A stretch of DNA of 64,000 bases from Bradymonadia bacterium (GCA_046290225.1 JBKAGE010000082.1:128001-192000); one strand, 5' to 3'. Positions 8,485 to 20,190 are shown, numbered from the stretch's first letter. Notes: generated by a model not told the origin, from the letters alone. A program made the numbers and translations.

Positions 8485-9894
8485 ATGCTGTTGACCATCA
8501 CCAACACCCGCACGCCGGCGACTGATCTCAGCTGGCTGCTCATGAAACACCCGGATCGGGTGCAGCGGTTCGACCTCAGCTTCGGGGCAGGGCACATCTT
8601 CTTTCCCGAGGCCAGCGACACGCGATGCACCGCGGCGCTGATGCTCGAGGTCGACCCTGTGGCCCTGGTGCGCAAACCCAAGGGCTCCGAGGGGTTCTCC
8701 TTGGGGCAGTACACCAACGATCGGCCCTATGTCTGCGCCTCTCACTTGTGCGTGGCGCTGTCGCGGATTCTGGGTACTGCCCTCAACGGCCACTGCCCGC
8801 CTCGCCCCGAGCTCGTGGAGCGCCCGCTCGACCTCGAAGTCACCCTCACCGCCCTGCCCTGCCGAGGGGACGCCGGTCACCGCGGGCCCGAGCTCGTGCG
8901 CCAGCTCTTCGAGCCGCTGGGATACACAGTCGCGCTCGATGGCGAGGTGCCCCTGTGGCATGAGCGCCCTCAATGGGGCTCTGCTCCCGTACGCGACGTC
9001 ATCTTGCGCCACACGATTACGGTGTCGCAGATGCTCCAACACCTCTCGGTGTTGGTGCCCGTGCTCGACGGCGACAAACACTATTACGTGGGCACCGACG
9101 AGGTGGAGAAGCTCGTCGCCCGAGGTGAAGGCTGGCTCGGCGAGCACCCGCACCGAGAGCTGATCAGCGCCCGCTATCTGCGCCATCAGCGCGCCCTTAC
9201 CCGCATGACCCTCGCCCGCCTCGTGGACGATCTCCCCGACGAGACAGCACCCCCGACAAAACCTCTGGAGCCCGCCCGTCTCTCGCTCAACGACATCCGC
9301 CTCGACACCGTGGCCCAAGCCGTCGAGGCCTCAGGGGCCCGTACGGTGGCCGATCTGGGTTGCGGCGAGGGCAAGCTCATCAAGCGACTGCTCAAGCTCA
9401 GCGCGTTGCAACACATCATCGGCATCGACGTCTCCACGCTGGCTCTCGAACGCGCCCATCGGCGCCTGCGCGTGGACCAGCTCTCCGAACGCCAGAAGCG
9501 ACGGCTGCGGCTGGTGCAGGGATCAGCCGTCTATCGCGACCGACGCCTCGACGGGGTGGATGTGATCTGCGCCGTGGAGGTCATCGAGCACATGGATCTC
9601 GAGCGGCTCGACGCCTTCGTCGACGCGGTCTTCGCCGGCGCCCAGCCCCGTCAGGTGCTCATCACCACGCCCAACGCTGAATACAACGTGCGCTACGAAG
9701 CCTTGAGCGCTGGCCACTTCCGACACGACGACCACCGCTTCGAGTGGCGTCGAGGCGAGTTCGAAGCCTGGGCGCAGGCGGTGGCAGAGGCACATGACTA
9801 CACGGTGAAGTTCGAAGCCATAGGCCCGGTGGACGACGCGGTGGGCGCGCCCACCCAGATGGGCGTGTTCAGCCGAAGGGAGGCAGAGGGGTGA
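8485..9894 (+). CDS. hen1: Hen1 3'-terminal RNA 2'-O-methyltransferase
   Basis: N-terminal PATDLSWLL.KHP ligase-activating domain; DLGCGEG, EVIEH, TTPNAEYN, FRHDDHRFEW.R.EF. Confidence 0.95.
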   Translation: MLLTITNTRTPATDLSWLLMKHPDRVQRFDLSFGAGHIFFPEASDTRCTAALMLEVDPVALVRKPKGSEGFSLGQYTNDRPYVCASHLCVALSRILGTALNGHCPPRPELVERPLDLEVTLTALPCRGDAGHRGPELVRQLFEPLGYTVALDGEVPLWHERPQWGSAPVRDVILRHTITVSQMLQHLSVLVPVLDGDKHYYVGTDEVEKLVARGEGWLGEHPHRELISARYLRHQRALTRMTLARLVDDLPDETAPPTKPLEPARLSLNDIRLDTVAQAVEASGARTVADLGCGEGKLIKRLLKLSALQHIIGIDVSTLALERAHRRLRVDQLSERQKRRLRLVQGSAVYRDRRLDGVDVICAVEVIEHMDLERLDAFVDAVFAGAQPRQVLITTPNAEYNVRYEALSAGHFRHDDHRFEWRRGEFEAWAQAVAEAHDYTVKFEAIGPVDDAVGAPTQMGVFSRREAEG

Positions 9895-12476
9895 AGATCG
9901 AGATCCCCGATTTGTCTCTGGTGGTGCTCGTGGGCACCTCAGGGGCCGGAAAGAGCACCTTCGCGCGGCGCCACTTCGCGGGGACCGAGGTGCTGTCGAG
10001 CGACATCTGCCGCGGCTGGGTGAGCGATGATGAGAGCGCGCAGGATGCCACCGGTGACGCCTTCGACGTGCTCAACTACATCGCGGGCAAGCGCCTCGCC
10101 AGAGGTCGACTCACTGTGGTGGATGCCACGAGCGTGCGCCCCGAGGATCGCGCGCGCCTGGTTCAGCTCGCCCGAGATCACCACGTGCTCCCAGTGGCCA
10201 TCGTGCTCGATCTCGATCCGGCGCTGTGCGAGGCCCGCAACGCCAGCCGACCTGATCGAGATTTCGGGGTCCACGTGATCCGTCGACAGCATCGGAGCCT
10301 GCGGCGCTCGATGCGGCGCATCCGCCGCGAGGGCTTCATGCGCACCTATGTGCTCAAGACCGCGGAGGAGATCGAAGCCGCAGAGATCGTGCGTACACCC
10401 TTGTGGTGTGATCGCCGCGATCTGCGGGGCCCCTTCGATCTGATCGGCGACGTGCACGGCTGTCGGGTAGAGCTCGAGAGACTGCTCGCGGAGCTGGGCT
10501 ATGCGCCCGTGTTCGAAGAGAGTGTACGCATCACCCATCGCCACCCCGAGGGGCGCACTGCGGTCTTCGTAGGCGATCTCGTCGACCGTGGGCCCGACAG
10601 CCCTGGAGTCATGGAGATCGTGATGCAGATGGTGGCCGCCGGCGACGCCCTGTGCACCCCGGGCAACCACGAGATCAAGCTGCTCAAGGCCCTGCGGGGC
10701 CGACAGGTGAAGACCACCCATGGCCTGCAGGAGACCCTCGACCAGATCGCCGCCTTGCCCGAAGAGGCGCGGGGCACTTTCACAGAGCAGGCGATGCGCT
10801 TCATCGACGGGCTGGTGAGTCACCTCGTCCTCGACGATGGGCGCCTGGTGGTGGCCCACGCCGGTCTACCAGCACACATGCACCGTCGGGCCTCTGGTCA
10901 GGTCCGGCAGTTCGCTCTCTATGGTGAGACCACGGGCGAGACCGATGCGTTCGGAATGCCGGTCCGGTACGACTGGGCTGCGACCTATCGCGGACAGCCG
11001 ATGGTGGTCTATGGCCACACCCCGACCCCGACGGCGGAGTGGACAAACCGCACGATTTGTCTCGATACGGGCTGCGTCTTTGGGGGCCACCTCACCGCCT
11101 TGCGATATCCCGAGCGCACATTGGTACAGGTACCCGCCGAGGCCGAGCACTACGCACCGGTGAAGCCGCTGGCGCCGCCTCCGGAGCCGCCCCGGGGGCA
11201 CATCGCCCTCACAGATGTCTTCGGCGAAGCCCTCGAAGGGCGGCTGACGCTGCGCACGCGATACGGCATCGGGGTGAACGTACAGCCTGCCTACAGCGCC
11301 GCAGCCCTTGAGGCCACCAGCAAGTTCACCATCGATCCTCGGTGGCTGATCTATATCCCGCCGACGATGTCGCCCTCGAAGACCGCACCACCGGGCGAGC
11401 CTCTTGAGCGCCCGGAGGAAGTCTTCGCGTATTTTCGCAGTCAGGGTGTGGGCCAGATCATCGCCGAAGAGAAGCACATGGGATCTCGGGCGGTGGTGGT
11501 GCTCTGCCGCACCCCCGAGGCCGCGCTGCGCCGTTTCCGGATCCAGCGGTCGGGCGAAGGGCCGTGTGGGGTGATCTACACCCGCACTGGGCGCCGTTTC
11601 TTCAAAGACGCGAGCCTCGAGTTGGGGCTACTTCGACGCCTCGACGCTGCCATGAAAGCCTCTGGCCTGTGGTCCGAACTGGAGAGCGACTGGGTGTGCC
11701 TCGACTGCGAGCTGATGCCATGGTCCTTCAAGGCCATCAGCTTGCTCCAGGGGCAATATGCCCCCGTGGGGGTGGCCGCTCGCCGAGGCCTCTCTGCAGC
11801 CGTCGACGCCATGGGGCACACCGCGGCGCGCCTGGGCGCTGAGGGCGAAGGGGCCACGGCCAGGGCCATGCTCACGGCCCTCGAGAGCCGACTGGGCAAA
11901 ATCACTCGATATGAGGCCGCGTGGCGCCACTACTGCTGGCAAGCCGAGCACGTCGAAGATCTGCGCATCGCGCCGTTCCACATCATGGCCTCGGAGGGTC
12001 GGGTGCACGTCGATCGTGATCACACATGGCACATGCGCCACCTCGGCGCCCTGGCAGATCACGAGTCGACGTGTGTCGCCACCCCCTGGCAGGTGATCGA
12101 CCTCGCCGATGACGCCGCATGTACCGAAGCCGTGGCACGTTGGTGGACCCACGTGAACGCTGGAGGCGAGGGTATGGTGTTCAAACCCCTGAGCTGGCTG
12201 GTCCAGGGCCCCAAGGGCATGGTGCAGCCCGCCATCAAGTGCCGGGGGCCGGAATACCTGCGCATCATCTATGGCCCTGAGTACGACACGCCAGCCCACC
12301 TCGAGCGCTTGCGCAAACGGGGCCTCTCGGCGAAGCGCAACCTCGCCCGACGAGAGTTCGCTCTGGGCCTTGAAGGGCTGCACCGGTTGGTAGAGGATGA
12401 GCCCCTACATCAGGTGCATCGCTGCGTCTTCGCCACCCTCGCCCTCGAAAGCGAGCCCGTCGATCCCCGGCTCTAG
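9891..12476 (+). CDS. pnkp: Polynucleotide kinase-phosphatase-ligase (bacterial Pnkp)
   Basis: P-loop GTSGAGKST; metallophosphoesterase GDVHG, GDLVDRG, GNHE; ligase EEKHMGSR, EGMVFKP, KCRG; ends EPVDPRL; GTGA overlap with hen1. Confidence 0.95.
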   Translation: MKIEIPDLSLVVLVGTSGAGKSTFARRHFAGTEVLSSDICRGWVSDDESAQDATGDAFDVLNYIAGKRLARGRLTVVDATSVRPEDRARLVQLARDHHVLPVAIVLDLDPALCEARNASRPDRDFGVHVIRRQHRSLRRSMRRIRREGFMRTYVLKTAEEIEAAEIVRTPLWCDRRDLRGPFDLIGDVHGCRVELERLLAELGYAPVFEESVRITHRHPEGRTAVFVGDLVDRGPDSPGVMEIVMQMVAAGDALCTPGNHEIKLLKALRGRQVKTTHGLQETLDQIAALPEEARGTFTEQAMRFIDGLVSHLVLDDGRLVVAHAGLPAHMHRRASGQVRQFALYGETTGETDAFGMPVRYDWAATYRGQPMVVYGHTPTPTAEWTNRTICLDTGCVFGGHLTALRYPERTLVQVPAEAEHYAPVKPLAPPPEPPRGHIALTDVFGEALEGRLTLRTRYGIGVNVQPAYSAAALEATSKFTIDPRWLIYIPPTMSPSKTAPPGEPLERPEEVFAYFRSQGVGQIIAEEKHMGSRAVVVLCRTPEAALRRFRIQRSGEGPCGVIYTRTGRRFFKDASLELGLLRRLDAAMKASGLWSELESDWVCLDCELMPWSFKAISLLQGQYAPVGVAARRGLSAAVDAMGHTAARLGAEGEGATARAMLTALESRLGKITRYEAAWRHYCWQAEHVEDLRIAPFHIMASEGRVHVDRDHTWHMRHLGALADHESTCVATPWQVIDLADDAACTEAVARWWTHVNAGGEGMVFKPLSWLVQGPKGMVQPAIKCRGPEYLRIIYGPEYDTPAHLERLRKRGLSAKRNLARREFALGLEGLHRLVEDEPLHQVHRCVFATLALESEPVDPRL

Positions 12477-12515
12477 AGCAGCACAGAGGCGCCTGCCAGA
12501 TCAGGAGCATCCTCA

Positions 12516-13094
12516 GTGCCCATCGGTCACGACGGCAAGACCGTCTACTTCTGCGTCGATCTCGAAGCGAGCGGCCCCGTGCCCGGCATCTACAACATGG
12601 TCTCCGTAGGGGCCGTAGAGGTGCGATGGGATGGCGAGCGCCACCAGCGAGGCGAGACCGTCTACATCGAGATCGTACCCGAGTTCGACGGGTTCAAGGC
12701 CGAAGCCATGGCCATCCACGGCCTCACCGTCGAGCACCTGAAGGCCAACGGCGTCTCCGCCAAAGAAGCCATGATCCAGCTCGACGCCTGGGTGAAGGCC
12801 CGCCTGCAGCCCGGTGAGCGCCCTCTCTTCGTAGGACACAACGCCCCCTTCGACTGGATGTTCGTCTCCTGGTACTTCGCCTGGGCGGGTATGGAGAACC
12901 CCTTCGGGTACAACGCCCTGGACACCAAGGCCCTCACCATGGGCAAGCACGGGCTGTTCTGGAAGCAGAGCAACAAGGAGAAGATCCTCGAGCTCTACCC
13001 ACACCTCGAACCGCCGGCCCCCGAGAAGGTGCACGACGCCCTTGCCGACGCCGAGTTCCAGGCCGACATCCTCATCGCACTGCTCGATCGGTAA
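12516..13094 (+). CDS. DEDDh 3'-5' exonuclease
   Basis: Exo I DLE(ASGP), Exo II GHNAPFD, Exo III HDALADA. Confidence 0.9.
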   Translation: MPIGHDGKTVYFCVDLEASGPVPGIYNMVSVGAVEVRWDGERHQRGETVYIEIVPEFDGFKAEAMAIHGLTVEHLKANGVSAKEAMIQLDAWVKARLQPGERPLFVGHNAPFDWMFVSWYFAWAGMENPFGYNALDTKALTMGKHGLFWKQSNKEKILELYPHLEPPAPEKVHDALADAEFQADILIALLDR

Positions 13095-13097
13095 CGT

Positions 13098-15962
13098 ATG
13101 GACCCCCACGACCCGTTTCTCTGTGACGCCGCCGATCTCCGGGCCCTCGCCTCGGACGTCATCGTCGAGCGAGGCATCGACTACCAGCGCCAGGGGCGGG
13201 TGAAGCACTTCGAGCGGGCGGGTGATCAGCTCGTCGCCGAGGTGCAGGGCAGCGACGAGGCGCCCTACACCCTCACCTTGCGCGCAGCCGTCGATGGTGG
13301 CTTGAGCCTTGAGTGCAGCTGCCCCTTCGACTGGGAGCCCGTGTGCAAGCACGGCATCGCCGCGCTGCTCGCCTACACCGAGCGCCACCTGGTCGGTGAT
13401 CACGAGCTGAAGAAGGCCGAGGCCCGGGCGCTGTACGATCGAAAGCGCCGCGGGGCCCACGAGGTGGAGGTGGAGCACATCTCCGGAGAGCCCACCTTCG
13501 GCACGTGGCACGCGAAAACCGAGAAGAGCAAGCGCACCTGGACGGTGCAGATTCGATCAGGCTCCGAGCGGGTCAATCTCTGCGACTGCCCCGACTTCGC
13601 CATGAACCGTCTGGGCACCTGCAAACACATCGAGGCTGTGCTCCATGCCCTGGGGCCCACGGCGCGAAAAGGCTGGGGCGACTCGCGGCAAGCGAACGCC
13701 ACGGCCATCGTCTACCTCGCCTGGGATGTAGACGCAGCCCCCCGCATCCGGGTGAAGCGCCCCGCCCGAGACCTGCTGCTCGCCGACTTGCACGGCATGG
13801 TCGACGCCCACTTCGACGCCGAGGGCTTCTTGAAGCTGGCGCCTCCTGATGGCTTCGAGGCCTTCGTCTCCGCCGCCGAAGAGGCCATGGCCGGCGACAC
13901 TCCGAGCGTCATCGTCGGTGAAGATGCCTGGGGTTATGTCCGGCGGCAGCGCGAGGCTGTCACTCGGGCCGCCACCCAGCGCCAAACCCGACAGCAGATC
14001 CTCGACGCTGAGGGGCACATCGAAGGCCTCGACGCCAAGCTCTACCCCTATCAGGTCGAAGGCGTGGCTTTTCTCGCCGCCCAGGGCCGGGCGCTGCTCG
14101 CCGACGACATGGGCCTCGGCAAGACCGTGCAGTCCATCGCCGCCACCCTGCATCTGCGGGCCCACCAGGGCGTACAGCGCACCCTCGTGGTCTGCCCCGC
14201 CTCGCTCAAGCATCAGTGGGCCCGGGAGATCGAGCGCTTCACCGATCTCGAGACCACAGTCATCGAAGGCGGCGCCCGGGCCCGCAAGGCGCTCTATCGA
14301 CGACAGAGTCCCTTCACCCTCGTGAACTACGAAGTGGTGCTGCGCGATCTCGACACCGTGGCCAGCCTGCTCAGCCCTGACTTGCTGATCCTCGACGAAG
14401 CCCAACGCATCAAGAACTGGCGCACTCGGACCGCCCAGGCCATTAAGTCCATCGAGAGCCGGTTTGCCTTCGTGCTCACCGGCACGCCTCTCGAGAACCG
14501 CCTCGAAGATCTCTACAGCTTGATGCAGGTGGTGAACCCCCACGTGCTGGGGCCCCTGTGGCGCTTCATGGTGGAGTACCACATCACCGACGATCGCGAT
14601 CGGCTGCTGGGATACCGCAACTTGTCTCACCTGAGGCAGCGGCTCGGCGGCGCCATGCTGAGGCGAGATCGACGCACCGTGCGCGATCAGCTGCCTGATC
14701 GCATCGAGCAGCGCCTCGACCTGCCCATGACCGCGATCCAGCGCAAGTTGCACGACGAAGCGGTACAGAGCGCCACCCAGCTCGCGGCGATGTCCCAACA
14801 CCGTCCGCTGACACCGAGCGAGTCTCGAGGGCTGATGAAGGCCCTGCAGATGGCCCGTATGGCCAGCAACGCAGCCGGCCTCGTGGACGGCGTCACCGAG
14901 GGCTCGCCCAAGCTCGACGAGCTCGGTCGGTTGCTCGAGTCGCTGTGTGTCGACAATCAGAACAAGGTGGTCATCTTCAGCGAATGGACCCGCATGACCG
15001 AGATGGCCCAGGCGGTGGTTGAGAAGCTCGGCTTGGAGAGCGTGCGTCTGCATGGCGGAGTGCCCACGGCGAAACGCGGCGCCCTCATCGATCGGTTCCA
15101 CAACGATCCCGAGGTGAAGGTCTTCATCAGCACCGACGCCGGTGGGGTGGGCCTCAACCTGCAAGAGGCCAGCGCCCTCATCAACCTCGACCTGCCCTGG
15201 AACCCCGCCCGCCTCGAGCAGCGCATCGCCCGGGTGCACCGCCTGGGTCAGGATGTCTCCGTACAGATCATCAAGCTCGTGAGCGCAGGCAGCTACGAAG
15301 AGCGCGTGGCGCGACTCATCGCCGACAAACGCCAGCTCTTCGACAGCGTGGTCAATGAAGACGCCACCGCCGATGTGGTGGCGCTGTCGCAGCGCATGCT
15401 CGACGTGGTGGTGGAGCTCTTCGTCGACCCCGAAGATCGCATCCTGCGCAAGGGGGGGGTCACCACACACCCACAGCTGCCGCTCTCCGGCCGGGCCCCC
15501 TCAGGCGCCGAGATCGATGCAACCGATCCGCCGCGCCCGTCGACACCGCCTCAGGGCGAATTGCCTCTCTCCGAAGGCGCACCATCAACCCCCACGAGCC
15601 CAGAAGAAAAGGCATCCACCGCAGCCCTCGCCGGGCCTGCGCGAGAGACGCGCATCGAGCGGCCTTCCCTCTCCGCAGCAGCCCAGGTGGAAGCCTTGGT
15701 GGAGATGGCCCGTGTGGCCTTCGACGAGCGGCTGTCTGCGGTGCTCTCCAGCACTGAGCACGGCGCACCTGCAGGGGTGATCTTCGTCGTCGACGCCCTC
15801 GACGCCTGGGCCCGGAAACTCAGCCACGCCATCACCCGTGATCCCGTCATCACCTTGCCCGTTGCCCTCATCGACACCGAGGCACACGACGCCCTGAGCC
15901 AGTTTCCTGACGGTGGCCCATTGTCCAATACACGCCGTGTATGGGGGCGAATAGAGGCCTGA
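13098..15962 (+). CDS. SNF2-family ATPase with two SWIM zinc fingers
   Basis: CSC..W..VCKH and CDCPDF...[51 protein letters not shown]. Confidence 0.92.
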   Translation: MDPHDPFLCDAADLRALASDVIVERGIDYQRQGRVKHFERAGDQLVAEVQGSDEAPYTLTLRAAVDGGLSLECSCPFDWEPVCKHGIAALLAYTERHLVGDHELKKAEARALYDRKRRGAHEVEVEHISGEPTFGTWHAKTEKSKRTWTVQIRSGSERVNLCDCPDFAMNRLGTCKHIEAVLHALGPTARKGWGDSRQANATAIVYLAWDVDAAPRIRVKRPARDLLLADLHGMVDAHFDAEGFLKLAPPDGFEAFVSAAEEAMAGDTPSVIVGEDAWGYVRRQREAVTRAATQRQTRQQILDAEGHIEGLDAKLYPYQVEGVAFLAAQGRALLADDMGLGKTVQSIAATLHLRAHQGVQRTLVVCPASLKHQWAREIERFTDLETTVIEGGARARKALYRRQSPFTLVNYEVVLRDLDTVASLLSPDLLILDEAQRIKNWRTRTAQAIKSIESRFAFVLTGTPLENRLEDLYSLMQVVNPHVLGPLWRFMVEYHITDDRDRLLGYRNLSHLRQRLGGAMLRRDRRTVRDQLPDRIEQRLDLPMTAIQRKLHDEAVQSATQLAAMSQHRPLTPSESRGLMKALQMARMASNAAGLVDGVTEGSPKLDELGRLLESLCVDNQNKVVIFSEWTRMTEMAQAVVEKLGLESVRLHGGVPTAKRGALIDRFHNDPEVKVFISTDAGGVGLNLQEASALINLDLPWNPARLEQRIARVHRLGQDVSVQIIKLVSAGSYEERVARLIADKRQLFDSVVNEDATADVVALSQRMLDVVVELFVDPEDRILRKGGVTTHPQLPLSGRAPSGAEIDATDPPRPSTPPQGELPLSEGAPSTPTSPEEKASTAALAGPARETRIERPSLSAAAQVEALVEMARVAFDERLSAVLSSTEHGAPAGVIFVVDALDAWARKLSHAITRDPVITLPVALIDTEAHDALSQFPDGGPLSNTRRVWGRIEA

Positions 15963-16069
15963 CTGGCCCATTTCGGTTCAAGTCTCGGCAGATACGTGCC
16001 GTGAATCCCACTGTGGCGGCGGCCCCGAGCTTATCGGGCGAACAGGCAAACATAGTGTGGGATCAGAAT

Positions 16070-18430
16070 ATGGCCTTTGGAAGTCTCTCATTCTCACAGC
16101 GCATCTACCTTGCGGTGGCGCTGCCCATCGCGGGGCTGCTCATGCTCACCGTGGGCGTGCTCATGGAGGTGCAGCATCACACCCACGGTGTGGAGTGTCT
16201 GACCAAGCTCACCAAGCTCACGCCCAAGATCAGCGGCGTGATCCACGAGCTGCAGCGCGAGCGTGGTACTTCTGCAGGGTTCCTGGGCAGCAAGGGCAAG
16301 GGTGACTTTGCCCAGCGCCTCGTCGATCGCCGTAAAGTGAGCGATGTGGCCATCCAAGCATTCAGGGAGACCATCAAAGACGGTGGCAGCCTCGCTGAAG
16401 ATCCGGCCTTTGCAGCAAAACTCGAGGCTTTCAAGAAGAGCCTCGACGCCCTCGAAGGCATGCGGGAGAAGGTGAGCGCGCAGGCCGTGCCGCTCAAGGC
16501 CATGGCCAAGATGTACACCGGCACCATCGCAGAGGGCCTGCAGATCATCGGCATGATGTCGAGCATGGCCCCCGAGGCCAGCATCAGCCGCAACATCGCC
16601 GCCTTGCAGGCCTACCTCGAGTACAAAGAGCGGGCCGGCCTCGAGCGGGCCATGGGGGCCAATGGCTTCGGCAAGGGCACCTTCACTCGGCCTGTCTATG
16701 CGAAGTTCAACCGCCTCGTGGCCCAACAAGACGGCTTCCTGCACACCTTCCAGAGCCTCGCCACTGAGGCGCAGTGGCAGATGCATGTATCTACGGTCAC
16801 AGGTGGGCCGGTGGACGCCGTGGCCGAGCTGCGCAAGAAAGTGGTGGCGAGCCCCTTCGAGGGCGACGACATCCTCAAGGGCACCACGGGTCCTCAATGG
16901 TTCGACACCATCACTGGCAAGATCGATCTCATGTGGAAGGTGGAGCAAGCCCTCAACGTCAGCATCAGGGACAGCGCTCAGGCTCTCTACGCAGAGGCGC
17001 AGAGCACTTTCTGGATGGTGCTCGGGATCTGTGGTGTGTTGCTGGTCCTCTCGGTCTGGATGGGCGTAGTCATCGCCCGGAGCGCCTCACGGGCCTTCAC
17101 CAACCTGAGAGACAGCATGACCCGCATCGTCGAGGGTGATCTCGACGCGGAGATCCCCGGTCTGGACCGACAGGACGAGATGGGGGCAGTGGCCCGGGCG
17201 GTGTCGATCTTCAAGCTCAACGCCAGCAGACTCAACGCCTTACATGCCGCTCAGCAATCAGCGGAGCTTGAAGCAGCGACCCAGCGCAAAGAGGTCATCC
17301 AACAGATGGCCAACCAAATCGAGAACAAGACGGCGAGCACCGTGGAGCGCGTCCGCAGCGAAGCCAACTCCATGGAGCAGGTAGCACATCAGCTGCGCAG
17401 CACCGCAGAGCAGGTGGCTGCACAGTCGAATCAGGCCGCTCAAGATGCGGAAGAGGCCTCGACGACCGCGAACAGCGTCGCAGTGGCCGCCGGCAGCCTG
17501 GCCCAGGCCATCGAAGGCATCGGCGCTCAGGTCCGCAGCTCCACGGCCATCACCGAAGAGGCCGTGCTCCTCACCGACGAGACCCTCTCGGTGGTGCACG
17601 GTTTGTCCACGAGCGCCCAGGAGATCGGCGCCGTCGTGGGCCTAATCTCGGAGATCGCGGAGCAGACGAACCTGCTGGCTCTGAACGCCACCATCGAGGC
17701 CGCCCGGGCCGGTGATGCTGGTAAGGGCTTTGCCGTCGTCGCCGACGAGGTGAAGAATCTCGCCAACCAGACCGCCAGCTCGACTGAGCAAATTCACCGC
17801 AAGGTAGAAGCCATTCAGCAGACCTCGCGGCAGGCCAGCGACGCCATCACCAAGGTAGCCTCTACCCTCAACCAGATGGGTGACATGGCCCGCACAGTCT
17901 CCGAGGCCGTGGCCCAGCAAAACGCCGGCACTCTGGAGATCGTGGGGCAGATTCAGGAGAGCGCCCGGACCTCGTCTCGGGTGAACCAGCACATGGCCAG
18001 CCTCAAGTCACAGGCCCAGGACACCCGGCGCTTTGCGGATCAGGTGACCCAGTCGGCTGGGGGCCTCAACCACGATGTGGAAGATATGAGCCATCAGCTC
18101 ACCAACATCGTGCGCACCTCTACAGAGGACGCCGATCGTCGGATGGAGCAGCGCCTGCAGTGCAACCTGCCGGTGACCATCTACACCTCGAACGGGCCAC
18201 AACACGGCATCGCTCGGGACATCTCCACTGGGGGCACCATGGTGGAAGGGGTCGAGGCTCAGGCAGGTGAGTCCATCACCATCGACATGCAGGCCCTCGG
18301 GCTTCAGCGGGCTCCAGGTCAGGTGGTCAACGTGGAGCATGGGCACATCCACATCGCCTGGAACGAGCGCCTCAGCAGCACCGACATCACCCGGGCCATC
18401 GCCGCCACGAGCAACCGCCCTCACGCCTGA
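16070..18430 (+). CDS. Methyl-accepting chemotaxis protein with NIT sensor, HAMP and C-terminal PilZ
   Basis: IHELQRERG and KERAGLERA (NIT); two TM helices; [42 protein letters not shown]. Confidence 0.9.
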   Translation: MAFGSLSFSQRIYLAVALPIAGLLMLTVGVLMEVQHHTHGVECLTKLTKLTPKISGVIHELQRERGTSAGFLGSKGKGDFAQRLVDRRKVSDVAIQAFRETIKDGGSLAEDPAFAAKLEAFKKSLDALEGMREKVSAQAVPLKAMAKMYTGTIAEGLQIIGMMSSMAPEASISRNIAALQAYLEYKERAGLERAMGANGFGKGTFTRPVYAKFNRLVAQQDGFLHTFQSLATEAQWQMHVSTVTGGPVDAVAELRKKVVASPFEGDDILKGTTGPQWFDTITGKIDLMWKVEQALNVSIRDSAQALYAEAQSTFWMVLGICGVLLVLSVWMGVVIARSASRAFTNLRDSMTRIVEGDLDAEIPGLDRQDEMGAVARAVSIFKLNASRLNALHAAQQSAELEAATQRKEVIQQMANQIENKTASTVERVRSEANSMEQVAHQLRSTAEQVAAQSNQAAQDAEEASTTANSVAVAAGSLAQAIEGIGAQVRSSTAITEEAVLLTDETLSVVHGLSTSAQEIGAVVGLISEIAEQTNLLALNATIEAARAGDAGKGFAVVADEVKNLANQTASSTEQIHRKVEAIQQTSRQASDAITKVASTLNQMGDMARTVSEAVAQQNAGTLEIVGQIQESARTSSRVNQHMASLKSQAQDTRRFADQVTQSAGGLNHDVEDMSHQLTNIVRTSTEDADRRMEQRLQCNLPVTIYTSNGPQHGIARDISTGGTMVEGVEAQAGESITIDMQALGLQRAPGQVVNVEHGHIHIAWNERLSSTDITRAIAATSNRPHA

Positions 18431-18437
18431 TACAGGG

Positions 18438-19202
18438 CTACTCCGTCGCCGCACGCCAGTCTGGCCACGCGGGCTCGGGGAGCACATCTCGCAGCAACGC
18501 GCTCACGTCGTACTCTGCAGGGCGCCACACCTCTCCATTGAACTCAGGTGCATCCAGCCCCAGCCGCTCACAGGCCAGCCGATAATACTCACCCCGAGTG
18601 GGGCACGGCGGCGTCACCGCCACATAGACCGGCGCTGGCGAAGCATGTTGCAACGCATTGAAGAGCACGGTGGCCGCGTCATCGTAATGGATCAACGCCA
18701 GAGTCTTGCCTTCGGGCCCCACAGGTGGATGCCCACGACGGGCCAGCGGCCCTTGTGGCCCCTTCCCCGCTCGGTACAGCCCCCCGAACCGCACCGCGAC
18801 CCCCCGCGCACCCACCCAATGCCTCAATGCGGCTTCCGCTGCAGCGGCGGTCTGAGCACGCTCGGTGGATCCGGGTGGGGTCTCTGGCGTCACAGGCCCC
18901 TGAGGGCCACCGTAGTACCCCGTCGTCGACACCATCACCACCCGGCTCGGCGCCTCGACCTCTGCAAGAGACTCCACCGCAGCTCGCTGAGCAGGAGAGC
19001 CTGGCAACGAGACGAGCAGAACATCGTCACTGCGCAGATGATCTGCGGGTGAGCCGAGATGGGGCTCGGCGCCCAGTGCCTTCAGGGCATCATGGCGTCG
19101 CTCGGTGTGGGTGAACGCCAGCACCTCACCGCCTTCGGCGCGCCAACGCTCGATCACACGACCGCCGAGCTCACCGGCCCCCCAACTCACCAATCGCTTC
19201 AT
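18438..19202 (-). CDS. NAD(P)-dependent epimerase/atypical SDR
   Basis: WGAGELG Rossmann motif; STTGYYG; RFGGLY; LIHYDDAA. Confidence 0.8.
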   Translation of the reverse strand: MKRLVSWGAGELGGRVIERWRAEGGEVLAFTHTERRHDALKALGAEPHLGSPADHLRSDDVLLVSLPGSPAQRAAVESLAEVEAPSRVVMVSTTGYYGGPQGPVTPETPPGSTERAQTAAAAEAALRHWVGARGVAVRFGGLYRAGKGPQGPLARRGHPPVGPEGKTLALIHYDDAATVLFNALQHASPAPVYVAVTPPCPTRGEYYRLACERLGLDAPEFNGEVWRPAEYDVSALLRDVLPEPAWPDWRAATE

Positions 19203-19286
19203 GTTGTCGTACCTCTTCGGTTTACGCACACAACGATGCGTCAGAGGCGGGGCAGGTCACACTGTACGGGCTCGAAGCCCCAATGC

Positions 19287-20039
19287 TCAGTCGAAGATGC
19301 GGGCCAGAGCGCTGACGTCGATGCCTTCGGTGCTGTGCTTGATCCGGGCATAGGCCACTGCAGCCATGACCGAGCGCAGAGCCGCAGTGACCACGATGAA
19401 GGCGAGCAAATAGATCGTGATCTCCAGGGCGCTGCCAGCGGTCATGATCAAACTCTCGCTGATGGAGTCGAACACCTTCTGGATGATGCCGACGACAAAG
19501 GCGCCCGCGAAGAGGATCCACTTGTAGCCCTCGGTCATCTGCACGCTCTTGCGCATGGCTTCGATGGGCCCACCACTCTCAACGGTGGCGATGGGGACGG
19601 CGACGAAGAACATCATTGCAGCGATGATCCCAGGGATCACCAGCGCGAGGGTGCCCAGCGCCACCAGGACACCTGTCAGCAAAGCCACCAGAAAGATACT
19701 GGGCAGACGCGTCAGCCCTTTGGAGACCACCCGTCCGACGGAGACTTTCCGCCCTGCCAGCTTCTCCACCACCCCAAACGTGACCGCCCCCTGTGCCATG
19801 AAGCTCGACACCATGGTGATCAGGATGATGGCAGCCGTAATGCCCAAGGGTGATGTGAAGACCCCGAGATCAATCACCAGATAAACACCCACGAAAGCGG
19901 GCAGAAAAAACAACAACACCACAGGGATGATCCAATGGATCCCTGCGAAGAACATGGTGAATGTCGTGCCGAGGAGTTCGCCTGCAGTGAGTGGCGGGAC
20001 GATGTCGTTCTTGGAAGAGAGATTTGCTCCGTAGTCCAC
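19287..20039 (-). CDS. Polytopic membrane protein of unknown function
   Basis: Several hydrophobic segments; LVIPGII...VE..GPIEAMRKS..T.G pattern; start uncertain. Confidence 0.7.
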   Translation of the reverse strand: MDYGANLSSKNDIVPPLTAGELLGTTFTMFFAGIHWIIPVVLLFFLPAFVGVYLVIDLGVFTSPLGITAAIILITMVSSFMAQGAVTFGVVEKLAGRKVSVGRVVSKGLTRLPSIFLVALLTGVLVALGTLALVIPGIIAAMMFFVAVPIATVESGGPIEAMRKSVQMTEGYKWILFAGAFVVGIIQKVFDSISESLIMTAGSALEITIYLLAFIVVTAALRSVMAAVAYARIKHSTEGIDVSALARIFD

Positions 20040-20190
20040 GAGACCCCCTGATGTCAGTGTGTTGTGGAACGTTCCACATGGAATGCTCACTGACAAGCGC
20101 GGTGTCATGACGTTGGACACCAGGCTCAGCTCAAGTGAAGCAGAGACCACAATGCTGGCCAGCCGGCACGCATCCAGGCACCCTCCTGGG

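Noticed and set aside
4212..12476. Functional link between the MqsR RNase locus and Pnkp-Hen1 repair
   Set aside because: Separated by unrelated genes including dnaB, and the toxin is deleted; proximity alone is insufficient
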